Below, piece by piece: positions 30,580 to 38,834 of a DNA stretch of 64,000 nt. The translations under genes and the position numbers were made by a program. The DNA is taken from IMG/VR virus record IMGVR_UViG_3300032560_000008. One strand, given 5' to 3'. Within the stretch, counting starts at the first letter, position 1. Each line of letters opens with the position of its first letter. Source of the stretch: an uncultured virus (IMG/VR IMGVR_UViG_3300032560_000008). Lineage: Duplodnaviria; Heunggongvirae; Uroviricota; Caudoviricetes. The notes under the pieces were generated by a model. That model saw only the letters and a list, made by a program, of their open reading frames with translations. It ran no database searches and was not told the origin of the DNA.

Positions 30580-31061
30580 ATATGCATCTTATACCAATTA
30601 AAGAAAAAAGTCAAACCAAGGAAATCAATGGGTTAGCACTAACGTATTGATATGAATGGGAATAAAAAAGTAAATTTTTTAAACCTTTTTTCGTTCTAAT
30701 AGAATCAATAGGTTAGCACCTCGACCTCGTCGACGTTCCTGGGAATTTCTCAAAATTCTCCAATCATATCAATACGTTAGGCTATAGGTCGAAGCCAGAG
30801 AATACTAATAGAATCAATACGTTAGCCGGAAGTGCCCAATTCTAACGATACTAAGCATGCTAAGTGTGGGTTTATACAGCCTAGAAACCTCTAGCATCGT
30901 CTCTCACATAACGTGTTGATATAATTGGGAAATATTTTTTTTAAAAAAGTTGAAAATATTTTCTTAATAAAATCAATGGGTTAGCACTAACGTATTGATA
31001 TGATTAGTTTGACTTTTTTCTTTAATTGGTATAAGATGCATATATGATGATGAAGCGACAA
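30562..31061. repeat. Perfect 55-bp inverted repeat (30562-30616 / 31007-31061) carrying outward-facing early promoters, enclosing iteron-like repeats
   Basis: gtttgacttttttctttaattggtataagatgcatatatgatgatgaagcgacaa and its reverse complement; about 8 internal copies of ATCAATRSGTTAG. Confidence 0.92.
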
Positions 31062-31280
31062 TTGGTTACCTTCGAGACCCTCCTTGTCCCAGGCAATGAA
31101 ACTGCCAAGGGGTGGTGTATCCTGGGCGGTGAATATCGCCCCAAAAGCCTCTGCTCGGTGGAGTATATCTCCGACGAGTACCTGGTACCTGGCGGTAAGG
31201 ATCGGAAAGGTCGCCCTCTCGGGCCGATCGCCGTCCGACGGGCCCGGATCACTATGCCCGAATGGCTGGCCAAAAAATAG
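31044..31280 (+). CDS. Hypothetical early protein, probably leaderless
   Basis: MMMKRQLVTF...MPEWLAKK; ATG 7 nt after the -10 box. Confidence 0.7.
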   Translation: MMMKRQLVTFETLLVPGNETAKGWCILGGEYRPKSLCSVEYISDEYLVPGGKDRKGRPLGPIAVRRARITMPEWLAKK

Positions 31281-31284
31281 GGGT

Positions 31285-31313
31285 TGACTTATTTTTAAAA
31301 ATAGGTTAAGATC
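31285..31313 (+). promoter_or_regulatory. Early promoter (TTGACT-17-TAAGAT)
   Basis: ttgact tatttttaaaaataggt taagat. Confidence 0.7.
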
Positions 31314-31338
31314 CAACTATGATGTTGAGAGGTTCTTA

Positions 31339-31482
31339 ATGATGTACTACGTTGAAATTGTACTTAATGACGGCCGTGTTGCTCGGCGCACAAATCTTAA
31401 GAAGTCAGTAGCGCAAAAAATGCATGATGACCTAGTTAATGAGTTCATTTTTTTGACATTAAAAAAGTTACATGGGGTTTGA
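31339..31482 (+). CDS. Hypothetical early protein (47 aa)
   Basis: GAGG Shine-Dalgarno then MMYYVEIVLNDGRVARRTNLKK... Confidence 0.55.
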   Translation: MMYYVEIVLNDGRVARRTNLKKSVAQKMHDDLVNEFIFLTLKKLHGV

Positions 31483-31565
31483 TGAAATAATTAAAAAACG
31501 ATTGACTTATTTTATTTTATATGATATATTTGTTTTGTAATTAACAACTACAGTGAAGGGTTAAA

Positions 31566-32525
31566 ATGGCACACGAACTTGAAATTAAGAATGGCAAGGC
31601 CTCTATGGCTTATGCTGGACCTACACCTTGGCATGGTCTGGGCACTTGCGTCCCCGATGACCTGACCCCCGAGCAGATGCTCGAGGCAGCAGACCTAAAT
31701 TGGAAGGTCGAGAAGATCCCGGCCTTTGCTAACGTCGGCGGTAAGGACGTTTCCGTCGGTCGGTCTGCTCTGGTACGCACCTCTGATAATACAATTCTTG
31801 ACATTGTTTCTGATGACTGGAATCCCGTTCAAAATTCGGAAGCATTTGAATTCTTCAACGACTTTATTGCCGAAGGTGACATGGAAATGCACACGGCAGG
31901 GTCGCTGAAGGATGGCCAAATTGTCTGGGCGCTTGCAAAGGTCAAGGACGGCTTTTCCCTTTTCAAGGGTGATGAAGTGGAATCGTATCTTCACTTCTCG
32001 AATTTCCACAAATATGGCTTTTCTACCGACGTTCGGTTTACCCCGATCCGTGTGGTGTGTAACAATACCCTGACACTTTCCTTGAATACCAAGGTTGAGC
32101 GGATGGTCAAGTTTTCGCATCGTCGTGAATTCAACGGCGACTCTGTCAAGCTAATGCTCGGTGTTGCCGCCGACAAGCTTGCCAAGTATAAGGAAATGGC
32201 TCAATTCTTGGGTCAAAAGCGTTACACAAACGAGAACATGGTTGAATACTTCAAGCGTGTGTTCCCGGTTGCTACATCTAAGACGGATTCCAAGAAGGAA
32301 TTGTCCAAGCCCGCTAAGACAGTTCTTGAAATTGTCGATACTCAGCCTGGTGCAGAATATGCTCGTGGTACCTTTTGGCAGCTATTTAATGCCACTACGT
32401 ATTACACCGATCATCTTGCCGGTCGGAGTCAGGAAAACCGTCTGCAATCGGCATGGTATGGTTCTAATCGGAACCTGAAAACCCATGCCCTTGAAACTGC
32501 CATTGAAATGGCAGAAGCCGCCTAA
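31566..32525 (+). CDS. DUF932/DUF945-family phage/plasmid protein (TIGR03299-like)
   Basis: MAHE....MAY....PWHGLG, A.L.W.V, QN.EAF.FF, TAGSL..G..VW.LA, TPIRVVCNNTL and GT.W...NA.T.Y.DH motifs. Confidence 0.88.
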   Translation: MAHELEIKNGKASMAYAGPTPWHGLGTCVPDDLTPEQMLEAADLNWKVEKIPAFANVGGKDVSVGRSALVRTSDNTILDIVSDDWNPVQNSEAFEFFNDFIAEGDMEMHTAGSLKDGQIVWALAKVKDGFSLFKGDEVESYLHFSNFHKYGFSTDVRFTPIRVVCNNTLTLSLNTKVERMVKFSHRREFNGDSVKLMLGVAADKLAKYKEMAQFLGQKRYTNENMVEYFKRVFPVATSKTDSKKELSKPAKTVLEIVDTQPGAEYARGTFWQLFNATTYYTDHLAGRSQENRLQSAWYGSNRNLKTHALETAIEMAEAA

Positions 32526-32545
32526 TTTAATAGAAAGGAATTAAA

Positions 32546-32779
32546 ATGAACAATATCAGAGTGACTCTATCATTTGAACGTCTTGACGATAAGGAGCAGC
32601 ATATGCTTGAGAATTATTCTCATACATATTTTGCTTCAGATGAAGATACGTACGATGTTCATCTGGAGAAATTCGAGCAACTTCTTACTGCTATCGGATA
32701 TGTTTTAAATACAAATAATCGTCATCTTGAGCTTGTTGATGAAGAAAATTTGAAAGATAGCATTGTAAACCTAAATTAA
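32546..32779 (+). CDS. Hypothetical protein
   Basis: ORF with AAGGA Shine-Dalgarno in the early operon. Confidence 0.65.
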   Translation: MNNIRVTLSFERLDDKEQHMLENYSHTYFASDEDTYDVHLEKFEQLLTAIGYVLNTNNRHLELVDEENLKDSIVNLN

Positions 32780-32838
32780 CCCTTGACATTTCCTTTTATT
32801 TGATATAATATACAATATACGCTGATAGAGGATATATC

Positions 32839-33978
32839 ATGGCTCGTCGTCCAGTACCTAGTCTTGCTGCAAAGAAGATGAAAAAAGTAAAGTTAACCTT
32901 TACTGAAACACAACTCATCAATTCTAAGTACATGGGCGATGAGCCATTATTCCAATCCACTTCTTTTCTTGATGATATTGCTTATGGCAGAGCACAGAAC
33001 TGGTATCACTATATGTGTACTAGGGATGATGCTCGTAAGTATCTGGATGCATATCTTCGGAACGTAAATCGTACTGAAGATGCCAAGAAAATGAAAAACG
33101 TCTCGGATACTTGGTTCCCTGTAAATGCTGGTTGGATTGCCAGGATGATTACACGTGGCGCCAAGCTCCCTGAAGTTCGTTATGAACAACTTGATAGGTA
33201 TATCAAGGAAAGTTATAAGCATCTCAAAGATAAAGAAGAACTTAAATCAGAAGAAGTAAAAGAAAAACCTTCAATTCAGGATCGTATTACTGATCGTGTT
33301 TCTGATTTTATTGCTATGTTTGAGAAAATGATCGACACATCTGGTTGGTCTGTATCAATGTATGAAACTCTGCAGAAACATGAATTGCCGCCTAATTTGG
33401 CACTCAGAGTCGCAGAATATTATAAACCTATTGCAGATGAGGCAGTAATCCTTGCATCTAAGGGTTGTCCTGCATCTCTTGCAGAAGGTTATTCATACAC
33501 GAAAGAACAACATAAGGAACGGTCGACATTCTACACTTCCGTTGTATCTGATGCAGAAAAATATTCTTCAAATACTAAAAAGAAGAATGTTCAGATACGA
33601 AAGCCCCGACCAGTTTCTTTGGATAAAAAACTTAAGAATGTAAAGTATCTTAAGGAAAGCAAGGAATTTAAATTGGTTTCTATTGCTCCAGAGAAATTGG
33701 TTGGTGCTCAGGAATTCTGGCTCTTTAATACCAGATATAAAACGGCTACCGTATTCTATGCACTAGACCGCGGAGGATTGGACGTTAAGGGAGTAACCAT
33801 CACGAAATATGATGAGAACAAAAGTAAAACGTTCCGATTCGGTAGAAAGGCCGATGACCTATTGACAAAATTACAAAATGGTGGTAAAAGGGTTCTAGAC
33901 AAACTCATGAAGGAATTGAATGTTGGTGCGCTACAAAAGCGGATCAATGAAGATACCATTCTACTTAAAGCAATATAG
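32839..33978 (+). CDS. Conserved T4-like hypothetical protein upstream of gp33
   Basis: Long ORF with its own TTGACA..TATAAT-type promoter near 32783; C-terminal RINEDTILLK. Confidence 0.75.
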   Translation: MARRPVPSLAAKKMKKVKLTFTETQLINSKYMGDEPLFQSTSFLDDIAYGRAQNWYHYMCTRDDARKYLDAYLRNVNRTEDAKKMKNVSDTWFPVNAGWIARMITRGAKLPEVRYEQLDRYIKESYKHLKDKEELKSEEVKEKPSIQDRITDRVSDFIAMFEKMIDTSGWSVSMYETLQKHELPPNLALRVAEYYKPIADEAVILASKGCPASLAEGYSYTKEQHKERSTFYTSVVSDAEKYSSNTKKKNVQIRKPRPVSLDKKLKNVKYLKESKEFKLVSIAPEKLVGAQEFWLFNTRYKTATVFYALDRGGLDVKGVTITKYDENKSKTFRFGRKADDLLTKLQNGGKRVLDKLMKELNVGALQKRINEDTILLKAI

Positions 33979-33986
33979 GAGATTTG

Positions 33987-34214
33987 ATGCCAGTTTTAGA
34001 ACATAATACCACATTCATATCTGATATAGAATCCATTCGGCTTGAGAAGAAAATGGATTACATTGATGCTGTAGTACATTGGTGTGAGAACCATGAACTC
34101 GATGTTGAATATGCTGCTGCTCTTATTAAGAAGGATTCTATTATTAAATTAAAGATACAAGCAGAAGCAGAATCTTTAAATATTCTTAAGAAGACCGCAC
34201 AGCTACCTATATGA
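33987..34214 (+). CDS. gp33: Late transcription coactivator gp33
   Basis: F..DIE, YIDAVV.WCE, K.K...EAE.LN.LK....LPI motifs; upstream of gp59. Confidence 0.85.
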   Translation: MPVLEHNTTFISDIESIRLEKKMDYIDAVVHWCENHELDVEYAAALIKKDSIIKLKIQAEAESLNILKKTAQLPI

Positions 34215-34786
34215 CACCGTTTGAATGCTATAAAGACTATCTTGCTTTGAAGAATCATTTTCAAAGCAAAACTTATGATTATCACAGATATTCTGGTAAA
34301 TCATCTGCTTCATTGGATAGTTTTAATAAAAGAAAAGATAAAATTTTCTTTGAAAAGTTATCAAAACATAAAGATCCACACGATTTGATGCTTTCAAATT
34401 TTGTAGAAAAAGATACTGCATGGGTTAAAGATATAGTATACTCCGAGGAAGCTGAAACCATATATAGTGAATGGATCAAAAAAACTCAATCACTTACATA
34501 TCTTATAACAAATGACTTATCAAAATTTAATGATGATTTTAATTCGAATTTTGCTGTAATTGATAATCAACCACCATATATTTTTAATTTGTATTTGGGT
34601 AAACAAATCTCCTTAGAAACTATATGTGTTCTTTCTGATTTAACAGGATGTATGAAATATTGGAATAAGATGCTCAAGGACAATCCAATATGGGAAACAT
34701 TCTCTCTTAAGTTTAAGAAATACACACCATTTATTAAATACGACAAGGAAAAGATTAGGAAAATAATTGTTGACAAATTTTCCTAA
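34211..34786 (+). CDS. gp59: Helicase loader gp59
   Basis: FECYK.YLALKNHF....YDY..Y.GK, F.KRKD..FFEKL, YL...ISLET and KY.PF motifs. Confidence 0.9.
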   Translation: MTPFECYKDYLALKNHFQSKTYDYHRYSGKSSASLDSFNKRKDKIFFEKLSKHKDPHDLMLSNFVEKDTAWVKDIVYSEEAETIYSEWIKKTQSLTYLITNDLSKFNDDFNSNFAVIDNQPPYIFNLYLGKQISLETICVLSDLTGCMKYWNKMLKDNPIWETFSLKFKKYTPFIKYDKEKIRKIIVDKFS

Positions 34787-34830
34787 TGTGTTATAATGAG
34801 ACTATAAACCAATATTGAAAGGATTACAAA

Positions 34831-35181
34831 ATGCGTACTTTTACTAAGATGGCTGCCCAGGGTGATTTTGTTATCATTAAGATTGCAGAATTGCCTACTA
34901 ATATCAAGGCTGTGGCTCCTGAGCAAGGCCAGATTGTGGTTGCTCACTCTGAGACGGGTCACAATCACGTGATGGAAGCTTCTCGAGTCAAGGCATATGA
35001 ACTTGAGGTTGATAGTGGTCAGGATATCTACGAATTGTTCTTGAATGTGGAAGCACCTACTCCGATTGAACATCTGCGGAGTTATCACACCCACGAGTCA
35101 ATTATGGTTGATCCTGGCATTTACCGTATTCGGCGACAGCGAGAATATACGCCAGAGGGATGGCGAAAGGCTGCCGACTAA
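34831..35181 (+). CDS. Small His-motif beta protein, probable DUF6745 partner
   Basis: QGD, HSETGHNH, H...H and G.Y.IRRQREY..... motifs, recalled as the family usually adjacent to DUF6745 genes; own TTGACA-17-TATAAT promoter at 34770. Confidence 0.7.
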   Translation: MRTFTKMAAQGDFVIIKIAELPTNIKAVAPEQGQIVVAHSETGHNHVMEASRVKAYELEVDSGQDIYELFLNVEAPTPIEHLRSYHTHESIMVDPGIYRIRRQREYTPEGWRKAAD

Positions 35182-35190
35182 CATTGAAGA

Positions 35191-35216
35191 GCCGGGGAGA
35201 AATCCCCGGTTTTTTA
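35191..35216 (+). terminator. Intrinsic terminator
   Basis: gccgggga-gaaa-tccccggt followed by a T run. Confidence 0.8.
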
Positions 35217-35231
35217 TTGAAGGTTTTTGAT

Positions 35232-35366
35232 ATGAGACAAAATGTTATCCAGCAAGCAATCAGAGATCAGATTTGGGACCAAGTCAAGTATCAGGTCAGG
35301 TATCAGGTCTGGTATCAGATCTTGGATCGGGGCTGGGATCAAATTGGAGATGATCTAAGATGGTGA
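35232..35366 (+). CDS. xxQV-repeat DDLRW microprotein C1 (44 aa)
   Basis: MRQNVIQQAIRDQIWDQV...IGDDLRW; start after GAAGG. Confidence 0.7.
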   Translation: MRQNVIQQAIRDQIWDQVKYQVRYQVWYQILDRGWDQIGDDLRW

Positions 35367-35575
35367 AGAATAGTATTGATAGCGTCAGGTATCAGGTCTG
35401 GGGTCCGGTCAGGTATCAGGTCTTGCATCAGGTCAGGGATCGGGTCTGGGGTCCGGTCAGGTATCAGGTCAGGGATCGCGTCTTGAATCAGGTCTTGCAT
35501 CAGGTCAGGTATCAGGTCAGGGATCGCGTCTTGAATCAGGTTGAGGTTCAGATTAAAGATAATCTAAGATGGTGA
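35360..35575 (+). CDS. xxQV-repeat microprotein C2
   Basis: ORF track. Confidence 0.75.
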   Translation: MVKNSIDSVRYQVWGPVRYQVLHQVRDRVWGPVRYQVRDRVLNQVLHQVRYQVRDRVLNQVEVQIKDNLRW

Positions 35576-35796
35576 GGAAAAGTATTGATATAGCAATGGT
35601 TAAAGTCTATAATCAGGTCTTGATTCAGGTCAGGAATCAAGACTATAATCAGGTCAGGAATCAGGTCTGGGATCAGGTCTATAATCAGGTCAGGGATCAG
35701 GTCTGGTATCAGGTCTGGAATCAGGTCTGGTATCAGGTCAGACGACAGGTGAGGTATCAAATATTTGATCAAGTTAGGGATGATCTGAGATGGTAA
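35569..35796 (+). CDS. xxQV-repeat microprotein C3
   Basis: ORF track. Confidence 0.75.
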   Translation: MVRKSIDIAMVKVYNQVLIQVRNQDYNQVRNQVWDQVYNQVRDQVWYQVWNQVWYQVRRQVRYQIFDQVRDDLRW

Positions 35797-35981
35797 AAGA
35801 AAATATTAACCAGACCTGGAGTCAGATCTTGGATCAGGTCTATATTCAGGTCGGCGATCAGGTCTGGAGTCGGGCCTGGAATCATGTCAAGGGTCAGACC
35901 TGGGATCAGGTCCATATTCAGGTCTATATTCAGGTTGGGTATCAGGTCAGGGATCAGTGTTGGGATGATCTGAGATGGTGA
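35790..35981 (+). CDS. xxQV-repeat microprotein C4
   Basis: ORF track. Confidence 0.75.
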   Translation: MVKENINQTWSQILDQVYIQVGDQVWSRAWNHVKGQTWDQVHIQVYIQVGYQVRDQCWDDLRW

Positions 35982-36106
35982 AGAATAGTATTGATAAAGT
36001 CTGGTATCAGGTCAAAGATCAGGTCAGATATCAGGTATCGACTAGAGTATGGTATCAGGTCAAAGATCAGGTCTGGGATCAGGTCAAGGATGATTTGAAA
36101 TGGTAA
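35975..36106 (+). CDS. xxQV-repeat microprotein C5 (43 aa)
   Basis: Manual translation MVKNSIDKVWYQVKDQVRYQVSTRVWYQVKDQVWDQVKDDLKW*. Confidence 0.75.
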   Translation: MVKNSIDKVWYQVKDQVRYQVSTRVWYQVKDQVWDQVKDDLKW

Positions 36107-36351
36107 GGCAAAGTATTGATAAAGTCTATAATCAGGTCAGGGATCAGGTCAGGAATCAGGTCTATAATCAGGTCAGGAATCAGGTCTGGTATCAGGTCAG
36201 GAATCAGGTCTGGGATCAGGTCTATAATCAGGTCAGGGATCAGGTCATCCGACAGGTCTGGTATCAGGTCAAAGATCAGGTCAAAGATCAGGTCTGGTAT
36301 CAGGTCAAAGATCAGGTCTGGGATCAGGTCAAGGATGATCTGAGATGGTGA
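36100..36351 (+). CDS. xxQV-repeat microprotein C6
   Basis: ORF track. Confidence 0.75.
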   Translation: MVRQSIDKVYNQVRDQVRNQVYNQVRNQVWYQVRNQVWDQVYNQVRDQVIRQVWYQVKDQVKDQVWYQVKDQVWDQVKDDLRW

Positions 36352-36548
36352 AGAATAAGATTGGTAAAATCAGGTATCAGGTCTGGGATCAGGTCTATTG
36401 TCAGGTTGGGTATCAGGTCTGGTATCAGGTCAAAGATCAGGTCTGGTATCAGGTTGGGTATCAGGTCTGGTATCAGGTCAAAGATCAGGTCTGGTATCAG
36501 GTCAAAGATCAGGTCTGGGATCAGGTCAAGGATGATCTGAGATGGTGA
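36345..36548 (+). CDS. xxQV-repeat microprotein C7
   Basis: ORF track. Confidence 0.75.
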   Translation: MVKNKIGKIRYQVWDQVYCQVGYQVWYQVKDQVWYQVGYQVWYQVKDQVWYQVKDQVWDQVKDDLRW

Positions 36549-36724
36549 AGAATAAGATATGGCATTACGCCCGAAGTAGATTTGAATATCAAGTCGGATG
36601 TCTGATAAAGGAACAAGTCAATGGTCAGATCAGAGGTCAGGTTCATAATCAAATCTGGGATCGGATCAGACACCGTATCGAGAATCAAATCTTTTTTCAA
36701 ACCCTAGAGGAACTGAGATGGTAG
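36542..36724 (+). CDS. Divergent cassette microprotein C8 (ends EELRW)
   Basis: ORF track. Confidence 0.7.
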   Translation: MVKNKIWHYARSRFEYQVGCLIKEQVNGQIRGQVHNQIWDRIRHRIENQIFFQTLEELRW

Positions 36725-36825
36725 TCCATAAAATTAATGGTGTTAAAGGCAAGTGTTTAACACAAATTATAGCTGATGTAAAAGACGATCTAAATGTTGA
36801 TCTAGAAGAATGGTATAAATGGTGA
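36718..36825 (+). CDS. Divergent terminal cassette C9 (35 aa)
   Basis: Manual translation MVVHKINGVKGKCLTQIIADVKDDLNVDLEEWYKW*. Confidence 0.5.
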   Translation: MVVHKINGVKGKCLTQIIADVKDDLNVDLEEWYKW

Positions 36826-36833
36826 TAATGATA

Positions 36834-37682
36834 CTATCTATTATTATAATTTAAATGCATCATCATACAACTCAAAGCAGCACCAGACTTTGCAAATTCG
36901 CTCATATCCACGGGAACTACTTCTAAATTAAGCTTTCCCAATGTTTTTTCTAATTCTTTATGACTATCATTTACTGGTGAATATAAGATCTTATTTTTAA
37001 TTCTTACTATATTTGTCCAATCATCATATTTGTGCTTTTCGGGTACTGGAATAACTTCCAGTACCTTTTCTAGTTTTTTGATGTCTTTCTTAGAAAGAGA
37101 AGAAGTAACAACCAAAGCTTGAGTTTCATTGAGAGGGAAAAAAGAACAATCAAGATGATAAAGATTAGGATCAGGTGTTTCAATATCAATTATATGCATA
37201 TTGAAATTATTTTCCATCCATGCATGACTTTCCTTAACAGTTCTAGCGCCATAACAAGAAACATAGATGTTATCTCTGATATATTTTAAATCTGCCTCAC
37301 CTTCCCAATAATACGGTGACTGATATACATTATAACGCATACTTTCAAAGAATTTTTGACCAACATAATCTTCACCGATTCTTGGTGGAGATTGAAAATT
37401 TGCTAAGAGTATAGTATTATTATTTAAATGAGGGAGGTAACATCCAAGATTAGCAACGTAGAATAAATCTTGAAGATCTTTTTCACTGGGGAGTATATAC
37501 ACGAGGGCGTTGGCAGTCACAATTTTATAAAGAGACATAAATTGAGAAAATGCTCTTTCGTAATTATATTTTTCTGAAAATTTATTCATGAGAACATTAT
37601 TTGGTTCTCTGTTATCCACTGTAAAAGGAAAATTCATTAAAAAAGCTGATTCGGACAATTCCGAAGGTGTTTTTTTAATCAT
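36834..37682 (-). CDS. Amidinotransferase / dimethylarginase (pentein) family protein
   Basis: D.F...N, EGEAD, YHLDC and EF.KSGA.LSC motifs. Confidence 0.85.
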   Translation of the reverse strand: MIKKTPSELSESAFLMNFPFTVDNREPNNVLMNKFSEKYNYERAFSQFMSLYKIVTANALVYILPSEKDLQDLFYVANLGCYLPHLNNNTILLANFQSPPRIGEDYVGQKFFESMRYNVYQSPYYWEGEADLKYIRDNIYVSCYGARTVKESHAWMENNFNMHIIDIETPDPNLYHLDCSFFPLNETQALVVTSSLSKKDIKKLEKVLEVIPVPEKHKYDDWTNIVRIKNKILYSPVNDSHKELEKTLGKLNLEVVPVDMSEFAKSGAALSCMMMHLNYNNR

Positions 37683-38122
37683 TTTTTGGGATAATCTCCT
37701 GCATCTCTTGTGATGAATTTATGGCCTATATGCTTAGGATTGAAATATTTAATCACTGTTTGCATAGCTTGTTTAGGATCATAAGATTTACAAGAAAAAA
37801 TGTCTAGATATACTGACATTTTTTCATCATCACCGTGAAACGTGATAGAAGAGGTGGTAATAAGTTGTATTGCCGAAAGACCTCGACCATCTTCACCATC
37901 AACTTTTGCTATTAAAGGATCACCAATTGGTGTCATCTTTAATTCTCTAATAAGCTCTTTTAAGAATGCTCGAACAACATTTTCATTGTCTATGTTTTTA
38001 TTACACAGACTCATATCCAAAAGAAGATGATACCCCCAATGTAACTTGCGATTAGGTTTTCTTGGAGCATCATCTAATTCTTCAGGTTTTATAAAATCAG
38101 AAAATTTTTTAAATTTTTCCAT
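37679..38122 (-). CDS. speD: Pyruvoyl-dependent SpeD (AdoMetDC)-like decarboxylase, copy 1
   Basis: G.HL.LD...C, G.S...LITTSSI.FH and YLDIFSCK.YD motifs; TATAAATA upstream at 38142-38149. Confidence 0.8.
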   Translation of the reverse strand: MEKFKKFSDFIKPEELDDAPRKPNRKLHWGYHLLLDMSLCNKNIDNENVVRAFLKELIRELKMTPIGDPLIAKVDGEDGRGLSAIQLITTSSITFHGDDEKMSVYLDIFSCKSYDPKQAMQTVIKYFNPKHIGHKFITRDAGDYPKK

Positions 38123-38158
38123 AAACAATCCTTCTTTTTCTTATTTATAAGAATTGTT

Positions 38159-38833
38159 TTAAGTAAAAATTTCTAATACCTTTTCAACATAGTCATCACG
38201 ATTTTTTACAAATACCTGTGGTTTCTCATTGTCAACAGCAATGATGATTACTATTTGTGGAACCTTTATGGAAGGAATACGTTCTTCTGCCATGAGAGAA
38301 TAAGTAGTGGCTTGAAGAAAATATCCTTCAATCCATTCTTCCTTTTTAATCTTCAATGAAGTCTTGAAGTCAACAATCGAGAGTATACCATTATACTCTG
38401 CTAGAAGATCAGTTCTTCCGGCAGTCTTTAAAGTATGTGAATATAGTGCTAATTCAGATCCTAGAATTGTGCCGATATTTTCATTTAGAATTGGTCTAAT
38501 ATCTTTGAATGTAGCTATATTGATAGGCATAGAACCTTCAGTATAGTTTGTTTCATTTAAAAGATATTTTTCACAAAGTTTGTGAATGGCAGTGCCTCTA
38601 TTTCCTGCCTGAATAAGTATTTTCTTTGCCTTTTCTTCTCCAACATCCTTTTGCCATTTGAGAAGACCAGACTTATCAAGTTTTCTACCTATTACAGTTG
38701 TGACCGATGGATATATCTCTCCAGTCGGTGTAGTGTAATACCTACCATTCTCTGTAGTATTATCCTTTAAATCTTCACAATCAAGTAGGGAGAGGTCAAA
38801 AAACCTCTCCCTTTTTGGCATCATATTAAACAT
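38159..38833 (-). CDS. PD-(D/E)XK exonuclease (Cas4-like, T4-like exonuclease)
   Basis: YPSVTTV, RGT.IH, AGR.D, IVDFKTS and YFLQ...Y motifs. Confidence 0.88.
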   Translation of the reverse strand: MFNMMPKRERFFDLSLLDCEDLKDNTTENGRYYTTPTGEIYPSVTTVIGRKLDKSGLLKWQKDVGEEKAKKILIQAGNRGTAIHKLCEKYLLNETNYTEGSMPINIATFKDIRPILNENIGTILGSELALYSHTLKTAGRTDLLAEYNGILSIVDFKTSLKIKKEEWIEGYFLQATTYSLMAEERIPSIKVPQIVIIIAVDNEKPQVFVKNRDDYVEKVLEIFT

Positions 38834-38834
38834 A

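Larger units (their letters stand above)
35232..36825 (+). repeat. Micro-ORF cassette array C (9 units)
   Basis: Dense NNNNATCAGGTC 12-mers; eight junctions GATYTRARATGGTRR with 7-nt stop/start overlap. Confidence 0.95.

Noticed and set aside
31448..31490. Possible slippage at a T7 run extending the 31339 ORF (DIKKVTWGLMK)
   Set aside because: No independent support; it could be chance or a homopolymer error.
36116..36343. IRSG-repeat ORF, and antisense PDLI/PNL-repeat ORFs at 35548-35772 and 27286-27486
   Set aside because: These are alternative frames of the 12-nt repeat and lack the conserved head and junction.
35232..36548. High density of GATC/GAATC sites as methylation or restriction decoys
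   Set aside because: Explained by Asp/Asn-Gln codons; many units use TATCAG and lack the sites.
35232..36825. CRISPR array interpretation of the repeats
   Set aside because: Junctions vary in sequence, the intervening segments are 100-250 nt, internally repetitive and open reading frames, and no cas operon is seen in the window.
27030..36825. Diversity-generating retroelement (TR/VR pairs)
   Set aside because: No reverse transcriptase in the window, and differences between units are not confined to adenines.
38159..38833. Cas4 as part of a CRISPR system
   Set aside because: This is the standalone exonuclease commonly found beside phoH in T4-like phages.
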